Source: Bdellovibrionales bacterium
Lineage (GTDB): Bacteria > Bdellovibrionota > Bdellovibrionia > Bdellovibrionales > UBA1609
NCBI GenBank assembly: GCA_965199825.1
Contig: OZ241329.1
Span: 224,001 to 288,000, forward strand
DNA: 64,000 nucleotides
Direction: 5' to 3'
This document shows positions 20,413-30,290 of the stretch, piece after piece. How positions within the stretch are numbered: position 1 is the stretch's first letter; the number at the start of each line of letters is the position of its first letter. Under the pieces are notes generated by a model, which had not been told where the DNA came from, did not search any database, and was given only the letters and a program-made list of their open reading frames with translations. The position numbers and the translations under genes are program-made.

Positions 20413-21753
20413 TTAAAAAAACGAATCAAACGAAGTCACCTCAAACTTTTGTTTGAGGTACATAAAAAACGCAATGAGGGCAGCCGCATCTTTTGGATTT
20501 TTTGATTCTAGTGACATTTTGTCTGAGCTGAAATTTTCCTTAAACATCTGCGGACGACGTCCAAAGATTTGATTAAATTTCTTCGTCTGAATTTGAACAA
20601 AAGCTCGAAATCGAATCCTATCAGAGTCATCAAAATAATTTTCGATCCCCTCTTCGGTTACAAAGTGTAGCTCAAGGTCGACCGAAACTTTACCATCAAA
20701 TGTTCGTCCCAAAACTAAGGATAAAAGATTCTGACCTTGTTCGTTTTTGTAAATCAACAAAGGAGGCGAAAAATAGACATCTATTTCGTTAAGCTCCTGA
20801 TTGCGAATGGCTTGAGCCCATGGAGCGGTCTCTCGCCAAAATGGCAAAAGCTCTGAGAAGGCACTTAAAAAATAAAGCTGATCGTCGCTTTCAAGCAACG
20901 AGTCCAACCTCTGACCTTGAACCAACAAGCGGCGAACGAGTGAAGTGTCGAGAAGCATCTTCATAATTCTTTCCACATCCCAATCATTCTCAAGCGTTTG
21001 GGCGCCTTCGATTGTTCGACTCTTCTGGATGCTCTCCACTGTGAATTTGAACGGCAATCGAAGACTTGGAGTTAAACTCCGCCTGTCACGAGCGATTTGC
21101 ATCGCCTCAGAGGACGATTCAAATATAAAATTTAAATATCTCCATGGATCTTTGGGCTGATCAATTCCGGTGATTTGGTCAAAAAATTTGGCTTGTCTCT
21201 CAAGATGGGGATGTCGAACTTCATTGCCAGTGAGATAGCGCCGCACTGCCAATTGCTCCGACGGAGCTTGGTCCGTATGACTTTGAGTTGCAAGTGCGAT
21301 CCTTGTGTCCACATTCTGTGAGCGCACCCCTTCCATGTAGGCCAAAAAACTATTTCGCAACCGAGTGTGAATATCTTTAGAAAATCCGTTGACCACTTCA
21401 CCCCGTGACATCGACATAATGCTCTCACGTGCGGCATCCACATCGGCAACACTGTGAGATAATTCTTTCCACTGCGTGTATTCGTCTTCGGTCCAAAGCG
21501 TAGGTCCATACTCTGAAATAAAGATGATATTTTTTTGAAAAAGATTTTGTGAAACGCCTAAAAGTTCATTTTTCCAAACACTTTTAGGGTTTGATTTAAG
21601 AAAGGCTTGAATATCTTTCGGCGATTTCAAGATTAAAAATTTTTTAGCGGGCTTCTCATAAATTTTGAGGACAGAGGTCGTCAAAAAGAGCCGACACATC
21701 GACCGCTCTTGCGCGTAAGAACTGAAAGACAAAAAAATGAATAGGGCAACCAT
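20413..21753 (-). CDS. Secreted hypothetical protein
   Basis: 446 aa ORF with signal peptide (SYA|QE). Confidence 0.75.
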   Translation of the reverse strand: MVALFIFLSFSSYAQERSMCRLFLTTSVLKIYEKPAKKFLILKSPKDIQAFLKSNPKSVWKNELLGVSQNLFQKNIIFISEYGPTLWTEDEYTQWKELSHSVADVDAARESIMSMSRGEVVNGFSKDIHTRLRNSFLAYMEGVRSQNVDTRIALATQSHTDQAPSEQLAVRRYLTGNEVRHPHLERQAKFFDQITGIDQPKDPWRYLNFIFESSSEAMQIARDRRSLTPSLRLPFKFTVESIQKSRTIEGAQTLENDWDVERIMKMLLDTSLVRRLLVQGQRLDSLLESDDQLYFLSAFSELLPFWRETAPWAQAIRNQELNEIDVYFSPPLLIYKNEQGQNLLSLVLGRTFDGKVSVDLELHFVTEEGIENYFDDSDRIRFRAFVQIQTKKFNQIFGRRPQMFKENFSSDKMSLESKNPKDAAALIAFFMYLKQKFEVTSFDSFF

Positions 21754-22206
21754 AGAGCGGCTTTAAAGCAATTCAAAGGCCAGTTAGTGAGTTGGGAAAT
21801 TTTAAGATGATTTCCTACAAATAGACGGAGTAGTTGATCAAATGGTTTTTGGAAATTTTGACTACAGGTCAGATTTCGATTCTTAAGGTAGTTTGAACCC
21901 CTACGGCATGGAGCAGTTTAACACAGTGCTATGATTGCAATGTGATGTGTCTGCTGTGACCACTCCGGCGAGAACATTCTTTTGGCATGTTGCGCAGACC
22001 TGATTCAAGTGCTGGTTCACACGTTGGCAAAATATTGAAGTCAGTGTGATGCGATTGATGAGTTTTCTTGAGTGACAGTGCTGTCAGGGTTGGTAAACTT
22101 GGTTAGAGTTTTCGTGCTCTTTTAGGTTTGAAGTCGAAACGAGTAAGAGGTTTTATTTTTTCACAAAATAATGACACTGCCCCGAATTTTTGTTTTCGTT
22201 TTCACT

Positions 22207-22858
22207 CGAAGTTATCGTGCCCGCCCGAAGTTATCGTGCCCGCCCGAAGTTATCGTGCCCGCCCGAAGTTATCGTGCCCGCCCGAAGTTATCGTGCCCGC
22301 CCGAAGTTATCGTGCCCGCTCGGCTACAAAATCACGTTTCCCAGTTTAACCAAAGAATTTCCAAAGGTGTTCAAAACTTTATTAAATAATTAGCTTCTGC
22401 TTCTCGTGTCCGCCAATTTTAAAATTAAACCAAAGACTAACACCGCCGGAAATTTTGTCGTGCCCACTGAAAGTTGTCGTGCCCACTGAAAGTTGTCGTG
22501 CCCACTGAAAGTTGTCGTGCCCACTCAAAGTTGTCGTGCTCACTCAAAGTTGTCGTGCTCACTCAAAGTTGTCGTGCTCACTCAAAGTTGTCGTGCTCAC
22601 TCAAAGTTGTCGTGCCCGCTCGGCTACAAAATCACGTTTCCCAGTTTAACCAACAAATTTCCAAAGGTGTTCAAAACTTTATTAAATAATTAGCTTCTGC
22701 TTCTCGTGTCCGCCAATTTTAAAATTAAACCAAAGACGAACACCGCCGGAAATTTTGTCGTGCCCGCTGACTTTGTCGTGCCCGCTGACTTTGTCGTGCC
22801 CGCTGACTTTGTCGTGCCCGCTGACTTTGTCGTGCCTACTCACTTTGTCGTGCCCACT
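22207..22858 (+). repeat. Three tandem-repeat arrays (6x19 bp, 9x19 bp, 6x18 bp; core RTCGTGCYCRCT) separated by two copies of an ~135 bp spacer
   Basis: Counted directly: CGAAGTTATCGTGCCCGCC x6 (22207-22320); GTCGTGCYCACT[G/C]AAAGTT x9 (22457-22620); GTCGTGCCCGCTGACTTT x6 (22757-22858). 22321-22456 is repeated at 22621-22756. Confidence 0.97.
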
Positions 22859-22999
22859 AAAAATTAAGAAACAAAACCACAATACTGCACTCAATTTTTT
22901 CTAGAAAAATGACATTGCCCCAACATTTATAAATCAAAAATATTTTTATCAAATTCAATTTTGATTGCATTTCTTTATACATAAATATAGTTTATAGAA

Positions 23000-23539
23000 A
23001 TGAAACAGCTTCCACTTTTTTCGCTTTCAAATCAGAAATCTTACGGCGGCAAAATGAAGGGGTGTCGAAAAATCATGCGACCACTCGACAAAAAACGATT
23101 ACACCATGTGATTCTAAAATCTCAGCATGCCAAAGGTGATCGAAGTTTTAAAAAATTCGACATGCAGATCAAATATAAAAATTTGATTTATTCAAAAGCT
23201 AAAAGATATGGCGTGCGAATTGCTGCATTCAGCAATGTGGGCAACCACTTTCACTTGCTCATCAGGTTTCAAGACCGCGCTCTTATCAAAACTTTTTTTA
23301 AAGTTGTTGCGGGTTTAATCGCTAGACTCGCAGCGGGCGCCCAAAAAGGTAAAAGGTTTGGTAGATTCTGGGATTCGGTGCTGTTCACTCGGATTGTGAG
23401 CCAAGGCCGTGATGAAGCTCGAATGTTTGATTATTTAGAAGCAAACTTAATTCAGGCCCACTTTGGAAAACAGGCTCGCAGTCATTTTGAATTTATCTGT
23501 AAAGAGTATTGGAAGGATCTTTCTAAAACCTCTCCTTAA
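23000..23539 (+). CDS. Y1 HUH transposase, IS200/REP-associated tyrosine transposase (RAYT)-like
   Basis: 179 aa; HHVILK, HUH motif GNHFHLL, RFW and putative catalytic Tyr in DYLEAN. Confidence 0.85.
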   Translation: MKQLPLFSLSNQKSYGGKMKGCRKIMRPLDKKRLHHVILKSQHAKGDRSFKKFDMQIKYKNLIYSKAKRYGVRIAAFSNVGNHFHLLIRFQDRALIKTFFKVVAGLIARLAAGAQKGKRFGRFWDSVLFTRIVSQGRDEARMFDYLEANLIQAHFGKQARSHFEFICKEYWKDLSKTSP

Positions 23540-23734
23540 GACCTCGATTCACTTCGCGATTGAGCATCATTTTTCTAAAATCACTTCTTAAGATCTCTTG
23601 TCATCCGCAATCAAGTCCGATCTTTCCAAAGCCCCGCGTGAGACTTTCAGTCACTTCAAAATCAATCATGATCTAACAAAATTGAGCACAAAGATTCGCT
23701 TTTTAAAGAGGTTAAACGATCACTCTTAAACGAC

Positions 23735-24271
23735 TTAATTCGAACCAGGCTTCTCGACTAAACTTTTAAGATTATTCAATCCCTTTTCAAACATGCCACC
23801 TACAAGCTTGTCCATGTTCATAAACAAACACATCAAGCGACTCATAAAATGATTTTCGCCGTGCACCTGCCACGTGACCACGGTTGAATCGCCTTTGGAT
23901 TCGAGAATGTATTCGGCATTTTGGGTCATGGTCATTGGCTTCGTGTAATCAAGCTTGATCCGAATATTTTTATTCGCAAGAGATTCAACAATGGTGGCGC
24001 TCCCCGTTCCGAGTTTTCCATCGCTCTCCCAAGAGGCTTTTGCGCCCACGCCTTCGTCAATTCCTGAGTAAACCATTTTTGCATGAGGGTCGACCTCGGG
24101 CCAAGGACTCCACTTTTCACTCATTGCCTGATTATTCAGATAAGGAAAGATTTTTTGGGCGGGGGCATGAATTTCGATTGAGCGTGAGATGAGATAATTT
24201 TTTGGCTTCAAAGCCGCACACAACAAAACGGTCAACACCAGTGCGGTTAAAACAAAAATTCCGTATTTCAT
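23735..24271 (-). CDS. SRPBCC / polyketide cyclase family protein
   Basis: RSIEIHAP..IFPYL..WSPW..DP, GVGA..W and DKLVGGMFEKGLNNLK motifs. Likely start MKYGIF at 24271. Confidence 0.85.
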   Translation of the reverse strand: MKYGIFVLTALVLTVLLCAALKPKNYLISRSIEIHAPAQKIFPYLNNQAMSEKWSPWPEVDPHAKMVYSGIDEGVGAKASWESDGKLGTGSATIVESLANKNIRIKLDYTKPMTMTQNAEYILESKGDSTVVTWQVHGENHFMSRLMCLFMNMDKLVGGMFEKGLNNLKSLVEKPGSN

Positions 24272-24278
24272 ATTTTCC

Positions 24279-25955
24279 TTATCCGAAAGTAAATGCGTAA
24301 ACCTCAGCCTCAGAATCTTCAAACTCAATTTCTAAAAGATGATTTTTGTTGACCTCATCTTTTTTAATTTTGATCAATTGATACAGTCGGTGCCCATCGA
24401 TCGCGCCATGACCCTCTTGATCAATATCAAGACCATGATCTTCTCCTGGAGCTTTGCCGTCCAAACGAATTTTAAAACCAATTTTTTTATTGCCACCCAA
24501 AACCAAGTGGACCGCTTCGGCATTAAATTCTAGGGCAAGTGAGGCGTGAGGTTTTTGAACCACCGCTCGCTCATTCTCAACCAACCACTCGCCATCGAGA
24601 GTCCATTCGTTAGGATTTAAAGTTTTGGCTCGTTGATATTTTTTGGTTTCGTTTTCGTTGATCTCATCGGCGGGCACAAAGTTTTTGGCTCGTGACCAGC
24701 CGATATAAGTTTCGGGCGTGCGCTTTAACGCCTTGGCTTGATCTTCAATTCCGATCGCCTCGATCTTTGCCAAATCTTGCGAGACCGATCCCTCTTCACT
24801 CAGTAATTTTCGAATCAGCTGCTCGGACTCTTCATAAGCGCCTTCGCCAAAATGATGATGGCGAACTTGTCCTTTGCGATCTATAAAATAATGGGCCGGC
24901 CAAGCCTGATTTTTAAATTCGTTCCAAACCAAAAACTCATTATCAAGTGCAACCGGATAAGTGATCTTTAAATCGGTCACCGCTTTTTGCACATTGCCCA
25001 AATCTTTTTCGAAACCGAATTCGGGAGTGTGAATCCCAATAATCACCAATCCATCTTTTTTATAAGTCTCATACCAAGCTTTTAAATACGGCAAGGTTCG
25101 TAAACAATTAATACATGAGTAGGTCCAAAAATCGATGATGACCACTTTACCTTTGAGCGAATCAGGAGTGAGGGCATCAGAATTGATCCAGTTTTTTGCA
25201 GCCGCAATCGAAGGCATTGGACCTTCGCTCACCGCTTTGGTCTCAAGCCCCGCATATTGAATCAGCTTTTGCTCGATTGATCCGGTTTCAAATTTCGACA
25301 ACTGGGTCAGTAAAGTGCGATCAAGATTAAACGCAATAATCACCACACCAAACAAAACCAAAACACCCAAAGTTTTTTTGACGATGCGGTCGTAGCCCAA
25401 AGATTTTTTCATCACCTTAAATGCCCGATTGCCCGCGAGCAGTGCGACTGACAAAGATGTGGCCGAGCCCAAGGAGTACGCAACCAAAAGTCCAATCGAC
25501 TTTGATAAGCTGTGTTGCGAAGCCGCACCGGTGAGGACCAAACCTAAGATCGGCCCCGCACAGGGCGCCCATAAAAGACCAGTTCCAACCCCGATGAGGA
25601 TTGAGCCTTTCACACTTGTGGAGTCGGCCTTTTGATTGATGTTCGAGCCGAACTGAGTGAGTGGTGCAATAAATGATTCAAGCGTGTGTGGAAATAACAG
25701 CGACAGCCCTAAAAGAGTCATCATCACCAAAGCCAGAATGCGCCCGTAATCATTGGCCCGCCCGATCCAATCTGCGCCTGCAATTGCAACCACCGAAAAA
25801 ACCGAAAAGGTCAGCATCATTCCAAACAGCAAGGGTAAACCCGTTTTATAGAATGAGCCTTGCGACTTAGAAAATACAAAAGGCAAAACAGGCAAAATAC
25901 ACGGGCTTAAGATGGTGAGCACGCCTGCAAGATAAGTTATGATAAATAAAATCAT
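24279..25955 (-). CDS. dipZ: DipZ-type CcdA(DsbD)-thioredoxin fusion
   Basis: LSPCILPVLP and WAPCAGPILG (CcdA); DFWTYSCINC thioredoxin motif; C-terminal RLYQLI...AFTFG. Confidence 0.92.
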   Translation of the reverse strand: MILFIITYLAGVLTILSPCILPVLPFVFSKSQGSFYKTGLPLLFGMMLTFSVFSVVAIAGADWIGRANDYGRILALVMMTLLGLSLLFPHTLESFIAPLTQFGSNINQKADSTSVKGSILIGVGTGLLWAPCAGPILGLVLTGAASQHSLSKSIGLLVAYSLGSATSLSVALLAGNRAFKVMKKSLGYDRIVKKTLGVLVLFGVVIIAFNLDRTLLTQLSKFETGSIEQKLIQYAGLETKAVSEGPMPSIAAAKNWINSDALTPDSLKGKVVIIDFWTYSCINCLRTLPYLKAWYETYKKDGLVIIGIHTPEFGFEKDLGNVQKAVTDLKITYPVALDNEFLVWNEFKNQAWPAHYFIDRKGQVRHHHFGEGAYEESEQLIRKLLSEEGSVSQDLAKIEAIGIEDQAKALKRTPETYIGWSRAKNFVPADEINENETKKYQRAKTLNPNEWTLDGEWLVENERAVVQKPHASLALEFNAEAVHLVLGGNKKIGFKIRLDGKAPGEDHGLDIDQEGHGAIDGHRLYQLIKIKKDEVNKNHLLEIEFEDSEAEVYAFTFG

Positions 25956-26443
25956 TATTTTTTATCAAAGAGTTTTTCAAACTCCTTGTATCCTTCTTTT
26001 TTTAAATCTTTTTTTGCCACAAATTTAAGTGCTGCAGAATTGATGCAGTAACGAAGGCCCGTAAGTTTTGGCCCATCCTTAAACACATGGCCTAAGTGAG
26101 AGGTTTGGCTGCGCACTTCGGTTCGCTCTGAGACCATACCGTGATCGGTTTTTTCGATGATGCTCGTCTTATTTATAGGTTTAGTAAAACTTGGCCAGCC
26201 TGTGTGTGAATCAAACTTGTCGGTCGAGCTAAATAAAGGCTCACCCGTCACGATGTCGACATAGATCCCAGGCTCTTCGTTATGGAAGTATTCGTTTTGG
26301 AACGGCCTCTCGGTGCCCTCTTTTTGGGTGACTTCGTATTGGATCGGGGTCATCTTTTTTTTAAGCTCTTCTTGGCTATAAGTCTTTTTTGGATTTTGCC
26401 AAGCAAGCGCAAACAACATGGAGGTCAAATAAATATGAAGCAT
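25955..26443 (-). CDS. msrB: Peptide methionine-R-sulfoxide reductase, probably exported
   Basis: [27 protein letters not shown] and RYCINSAAL motifs. Start at 26443 or 26419. Confidence 0.93.
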   Translation of the reverse strand: MLHIYLTSMLFALAWQNPKKTYSQEELKKKMTPIQYEVTQKEGTERPFQNEYFHNEEPGIYVDIVTGEPLFSSTDKFDSHTGWPSFTKPINKTSIIEKTDHGMVSERTEVRSQTSHLGHVFKDGPKLTGLRYCINSAALKFVAKKDLKKEGYKEFEKLFDKK

Positions 26444-27070
26444 TTGTCTATTGTGCGCGAGAGAATTTTGATTGTGCAAGTCTTGCTTCTTTTTTTTATA
26501 CCTACCTTCGTTCAAGCTTTAGAGACCGCAACCTTTGCAGCCGGTTGTTTTTGGGGAAGCGAGGAGTTTTTTAAAAAAATTCCTGGTGTGGTTTCAACCC
26601 AAGTGGGCTACGCGGGGGGTAAGACCTCTCAGCCAAAATATTCTGAGGTTTCAAGCGGCACAACAGGCCATGCCGAATCGGTACAGGTCCAGTTTGATCC
26701 GAAAAAAGTAAGTTACGAGCAACTGCTCAACTCGTTTTTTAAAATGCATGACCCCACCACAAAAGATCAGCAAGGCAATGACCGCGGGAGCCAGTACCGC
26801 TCGGCCATCTTTTACCAAAACGACTCCCAGAAAAAAACCGCCGAAGAATTTATGAAGAGAGTCGACAAGTCTAAGGCTTGGAAAAAACCGGTGGTCACCG
26901 AAATCTCAAAAGCTGCTCAATTTTGGCCCGCCGAAGACTACCATCAAAATTATTTAACCAAAAATAAAGGGGGCTATGACAACCATTACTTAAGAGATAT
27001 TTCCTTTGGGATAACTCCGGCTGCGCCAGAGGATGGGAAGCCCAAGAGCAGTTTGAAACAGAGCCACTAG
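26435..27070 (+). CDS. msrA: Peptide methionine-S-sulfoxide reductase, probably exported
   Basis: [27 protein letters not shown] and AEDYHQNY motifs; GGAGG SD before ATG 26435; signal-like N-terminus. Confidence 0.95.
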   Translation: MKHLSIVRERILIVQVLLLFFIPTFVQALETATFAAGCFWGSEEFFKKIPGVVSTQVGYAGGKTSQPKYSEVSSGTTGHAESVQVQFDPKKVSYEQLLNSFFKMHDPTTKDQQGNDRGSQYRSAIFYQNDSQKKTAEEFMKRVDKSKAWKKPVVTEISKAAQFWPAEDYHQNYLTKNKGGYDNHYLRDISFGITPAAPEDGKPKSSLKQSH

Positions 27071-28012
27071 ACTTAAAACCGCAAAGAAAACCATATTGAG
27101 CGGCGCAAATACAATTCCGAGTGGTGAAAAGTTACCGTGCTGCTTTTGTATGACAAATAAAGCGATCATCGCATAAACAAGAAATCCGTCTGGATTTAAA
27201 AACAAACGCACAATCAAAAAAACTTCGCAAAAAATAATTAGACTTGAGTACGGAAGTCCAAGTCTAAAAAGTCGAATCCAGCCATTCACAAATTCTTTAA
27301 GATTTAAAAACATCTGCACCTGGTAGAGTGTTGCAAAGGGGTAAAGGGCTATTTTTTTATTATTTTTTATAAATAAACGCCCAAGCTCAATATCATCCAC
27401 CAAATTGTGGGCAATCGCTTTGTGTCCTCCGACTTCGAGATAACTTGAGCGCTTCACCAAAATATACTGGCCAATCACAAACAATCGATCAAAGGTTGGC
27501 CGTTTTAAATAGGCGGTGGTGAGCAAAAGCATCAGATGAAAAAGCCCGCTCAGCTTTTCAAAACCGACCTCACAGCGATGATAGGGAGGCGCCGAAACCA
27601 AGTCGGCCTTTTGCTGATTCAAAAAACTAAGTGCCGTATTTAAAGAATGGGGCAAGTGCAAGGTGTCGGCATCGGTAAATAATAAAAATGGTGAATCCGA
27701 ATTTAAAAAACCTTGGTGACAGGCCCAATTTTTACCGGCCCACCCTTCTGGTTTTGGCCCAGCATCAACCACCTTTACAAAAGAAAATTGGGCGGCAACT
27801 TCTCGGGTGCGGTCGATTGAACTGTCATCAACCACAATAATTTCTTGATTAAAATTTTTTAAAGTTGGCAGCAAGCGCGCAATATTATTTTCTTCATTTC
27901 GACAGGGAATAATAATGCTGACCTTGGCATCAACAACCGCAAGTCCTTTTTCTTTTCGCCATGGCTTAAATCGCCACAAAAACAATGCTAGACCTACAAC
28001 AGATAACTTCAC
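26990..28012 (-). CDS. GT2 glycosyltransferase, carotenoid-associated (CrtQ/CruC-like)
   Basis: SIIIPCRNEE, VVDDSS.D, P.GWAGKNWAC and FTDAD motifs; last gene of the crt operon. Confidence 0.85.
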   Translation of the reverse strand: MKLSVVGLALFLWRFKPWRKEKGLAVVDAKVSIIIPCRNEENNIARLLPTLKNFNQEIIVVDDSSIDRTREVAAQFSFVKVVDAGPKPEGWAGKNWACHQGFLNSDSPFLLFTDADTLHLPHSLNTALSFLNQQKADLVSAPPYHRCEVGFEKLSGLFHLMLLLTTAYLKRPTFDRLFVIGQYILVKRSSYLEVGGHKAIAHNLVDDIELGRLFIKNNKKIALYPFATLYQVQMFLNLKEFVNGWIRLFRLGLPYSSLIIFCEVFLIVRLFLNPDGFLVYAMIALFVIQKQHGNFSPLGIVFAPLNMVFFAVLSLVALFQTALGLPILWRSRSYPKGNIS

Positions 28013-28812
28013 GAGTAGGCTTTCCGAATTCCTTTAAGCGCTAATCGCAGCTTGGGTAAAAATGGAATGGTCATGCGCATATCAAGAGCGGATGGCCCTT
28101 GGCGCAAAATTTTACGGCCAATCTCGGCGTAAATTTCGCTTGCGATACTCACCGCGACCGCGGCTCGAAAAGGCAAAAAGTGATATCCCCTTTGACCTTC
28201 GCGGTACAATTCCTCAGCCCGGTAAAGAAGTTTTTGGACCACAGGAAAAACCTTTTCGTTTTCAAGCGGTATGCGCTCTTCGCTCACACCCGCATCGCGA
28301 AGCCATTGGAGTGGCAAGTACACACGTCCTCGGGCATGATCCTCTGTCACATCACGAGCGATGTTTGTGAGCTGCATTGCAATACCTAAACTTTTTGCCG
28401 GCGCCATCGCTCGTTGATCTTTCACATTCATAATATGAGACATCATAAGGCCCACAGTTCCCGCGACCCGATAGGCATAAACTTCAAGATCTTCGAGCGA
28501 AAAAAATCTTTCGAATTTGGCATCTTGATCAAAACCAGAAATCATATCGAGCGCCAAAGTTTTTGGAATCTGATATTTGTGACAAAGCTGATCGAAGTCA
28601 TTAAAGATCGGTGTCGATCCTTTAAGTGTTTGATCCAAAATATCGGCCACGGCCTGAGCGGGATTCGCGGTGTGGTCAACCAAATCATCACAGTGCCTGC
28701 ACCATCGGTAAAGAATCCAACAGGCTTTTCGCATTCGCTTTGGAAAAAACAGGCTCGCAAGAAAAAAACTTTTCGATCCTTTAAATATGATCGAAATTAG
28801 AGAGTGCTTCAA
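28009..28812 (-). CDS. crtB: Phytoene synthase
   Basis: GSKSF, LY.WCR.CDDLVD, Y.VAGTVG and LGIAMQLTNIARDV.ED..RGRVYLP motifs. Confidence 0.93.
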   Translation of the reverse strand: MKHSLISIIFKGSKSFFLASLFFPKRMRKACWILYRWCRHCDDLVDHTANPAQAVADILDQTLKGSTPIFNDFDQLCHKYQIPKTLALDMISGFDQDAKFERFFSLEDLEVYAYRVAGTVGLMMSHIMNVKDQRAMAPAKSLGIAMQLTNIARDVTEDHARGRVYLPLQWLRDAGVSEERIPLENEKVFPVVQKLLYRAEELYREGQRGYHFLPFRAAVAVSIASEIYAEIGRKILRQGPSALDMRMTIPFLPKLRLALKGIRKAYS

Positions 28813-30290
28813 CTCAAGTCCTGTTGAACTAGCGCAGCGGTGGCTTTGGCCGATGAGATCACCCCCGGCACACCCGCACCGGGATGAGTTCCTGCACCCA
28901 CGAAATAAAGACCTTTTAAATGATCATCACGGTTGTGAGTTCTAAAAAAAGCACTCTGAGTTAAAATCGGCTCTAACGAAAAGGCCGAGCCCACATGGGC
29001 ATTCAATTCTGTCTTAAAATCCATAGGTGTAAATATTTTTTGAAACACGATCGACTCTTTTAATCCCGGCATATACTTTTGCTCTAAATAATTTAAAATC
29101 TTTTCGGCGTAGCGTGGTCCTTCAACTGCCCAATCCATTTCCATCAAACCCAGATGAGCCACCGGCGATAAAACATAAAATCCTTGATGCCCTTTAGGCG
29201 CAAGGCTCGGATCCGATTTGGTTGGCATATGGAGATATAAACTAAAGTCGTCGGGCAATACTCCATTCTTAAAAATATCTTTGAGCAATTCTTTATAACG
29301 TGGACCAAAAATAATATTGTGATGCTCAAGATTTGGAAAATCTTTGTTTGTTCCAAAATAAATCAAAAACAACGACATGCTTTGCCTCATATGATTGAGA
29401 CGATTGCCAGTGGAGGCCACCATTTTTTCATCTTTTAAAAGATGCTGATAGGTGTGCACCACATCGCCATTGCTGATGATGGTATCAAATTTTAAAACCT
29501 CACCCGACTTGACTTGCAGACCACCCACCTGACCCTCAACCGTAACAATCTTTTGGATTTCGCTATTGAGGTGAAGCACTCCTCCTAAATCTTTAAACAA
29601 ATTGACCAAGGCCCACACCAAGGCGCCCGTCCCACCGCGCGGAAAGTGCACTCCGCCTTTGCGTTCTAGATAATGAATCAATGTATAAATCGATGAGGTG
29701 TTAAATGGATTTCCACCAACAAGTAGACTATGAAAACTAAATGCCTCACGCAGTTTTTCATTCTTAATAAAATGGGCAACAGTTTGATACACACTGCGAT
29801 CGGCCCGGAGCTTCATCAACTGTGGCGCAGTTTGAATCATGCTCCACCAATTTAAAAAAGGTTTATGGGCAAGCTTGGTAAACCCCTCGTCGTAAACTTC
29901 TTTAGAGTAATCAAGAAATTTTATGTAACCCTCTTCATCACTGGGAGACATCTTGCGGATTTGCTTCAAGGTGGTTTCGAGACTGCCACTATAATTAAAA
30001 ACAGTACCGTCATCCCACATCAATTTATAAAAGGGATCGATTGGCATCATCTCGACATAGTCGCTCATCTTTCGACCACTGAGTTCAAAAAGCTCACTCA
30101 AAGTTTCAGGTGCGGTGATCACGGTGGGGCCGGCATCAAAGGTAAAACCTTTTTCGCGATACACATAAGCCCTGCCGCCGGGCTGATCGCGTTTTTCAAA
30201 AACGGTAACCTGATAGCCCGCACTTTGTAGACGGATCGCTGCTGCCAATCCACCAAAACCCGAACCAATTACCGCAATTTTTTTAGTCAT
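28809..30290 (-). CDS. crtI: Phytoene desaturase
   Basis: IGSGFGGLAAAIRLQ, FDAGPTVIT and GAGTHPGAGVPGV motifs. Confidence 0.96.
   Translation of the reverse strand: MTKKIAVIGSGFGGLAAAIRLQSAGYQVTVFEKRDQPGGRAYVYREKGFTFDAGPTVITAPETLSELFELSGRKMSDYVEMMPIDPFYKLMWDDGTVFNYSGSLETTLKQIRKMSPSDEEGYIKFLDYSKEVYDEGFTKLAHKPFLNWWSMIQTAPQLMKLRADRSVYQTVAHFIKNEKLREAFSFHSLLVGGNPFNTSSIYTLIHYLERKGGVHFPRGGTGALVWALVNLFKDLGGVLHLNSEIQKIVTVEGQVGGLQVKSGEVLKFDTIISNGDVVHTYQHLLKDEKMVASTGNRLNHMRQSMSLFLIYFGTNKDFPNLEHHNIIFGPRYKELLKDIFKNGVLPDDFSLYLHMPTKSDPSLAPKGHQGFYVLSPVAHLGLMEMDWAVEGPRYAEKILNYLEQKYMPGLKESIVFQKIFTPMDFKTELNAHVGSAFSLEPILTQSAFFRTHNRDDHLKGLYFVGAGTHPGAGVPGVISSAKATAALVQQDLS

Noticed and set aside
21754..22150. Structured ncRNA upstream of the left arrays (small hairpin TGACAG-TG-CTGTCA at ~22073-22086)
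   Set aside because: Only a 6 bp stem and no recognisable family; it needs covariation data.
22207..22858. CRISPR array
   Set aside because: Units are 18-19 bp contiguous repeats with no unique 25-45 bp spacers, and there are no cas genes in the window.
22128..22894. Short ORFs (SCPPEVIVPARSYRAR..., HDKVSG repeats) over the arrays, and likewise at 33740-34006
   Set aside because: They are translations of stop-free repeats in several frames; the 19 bp period shifts frame each unit and there is no SD.
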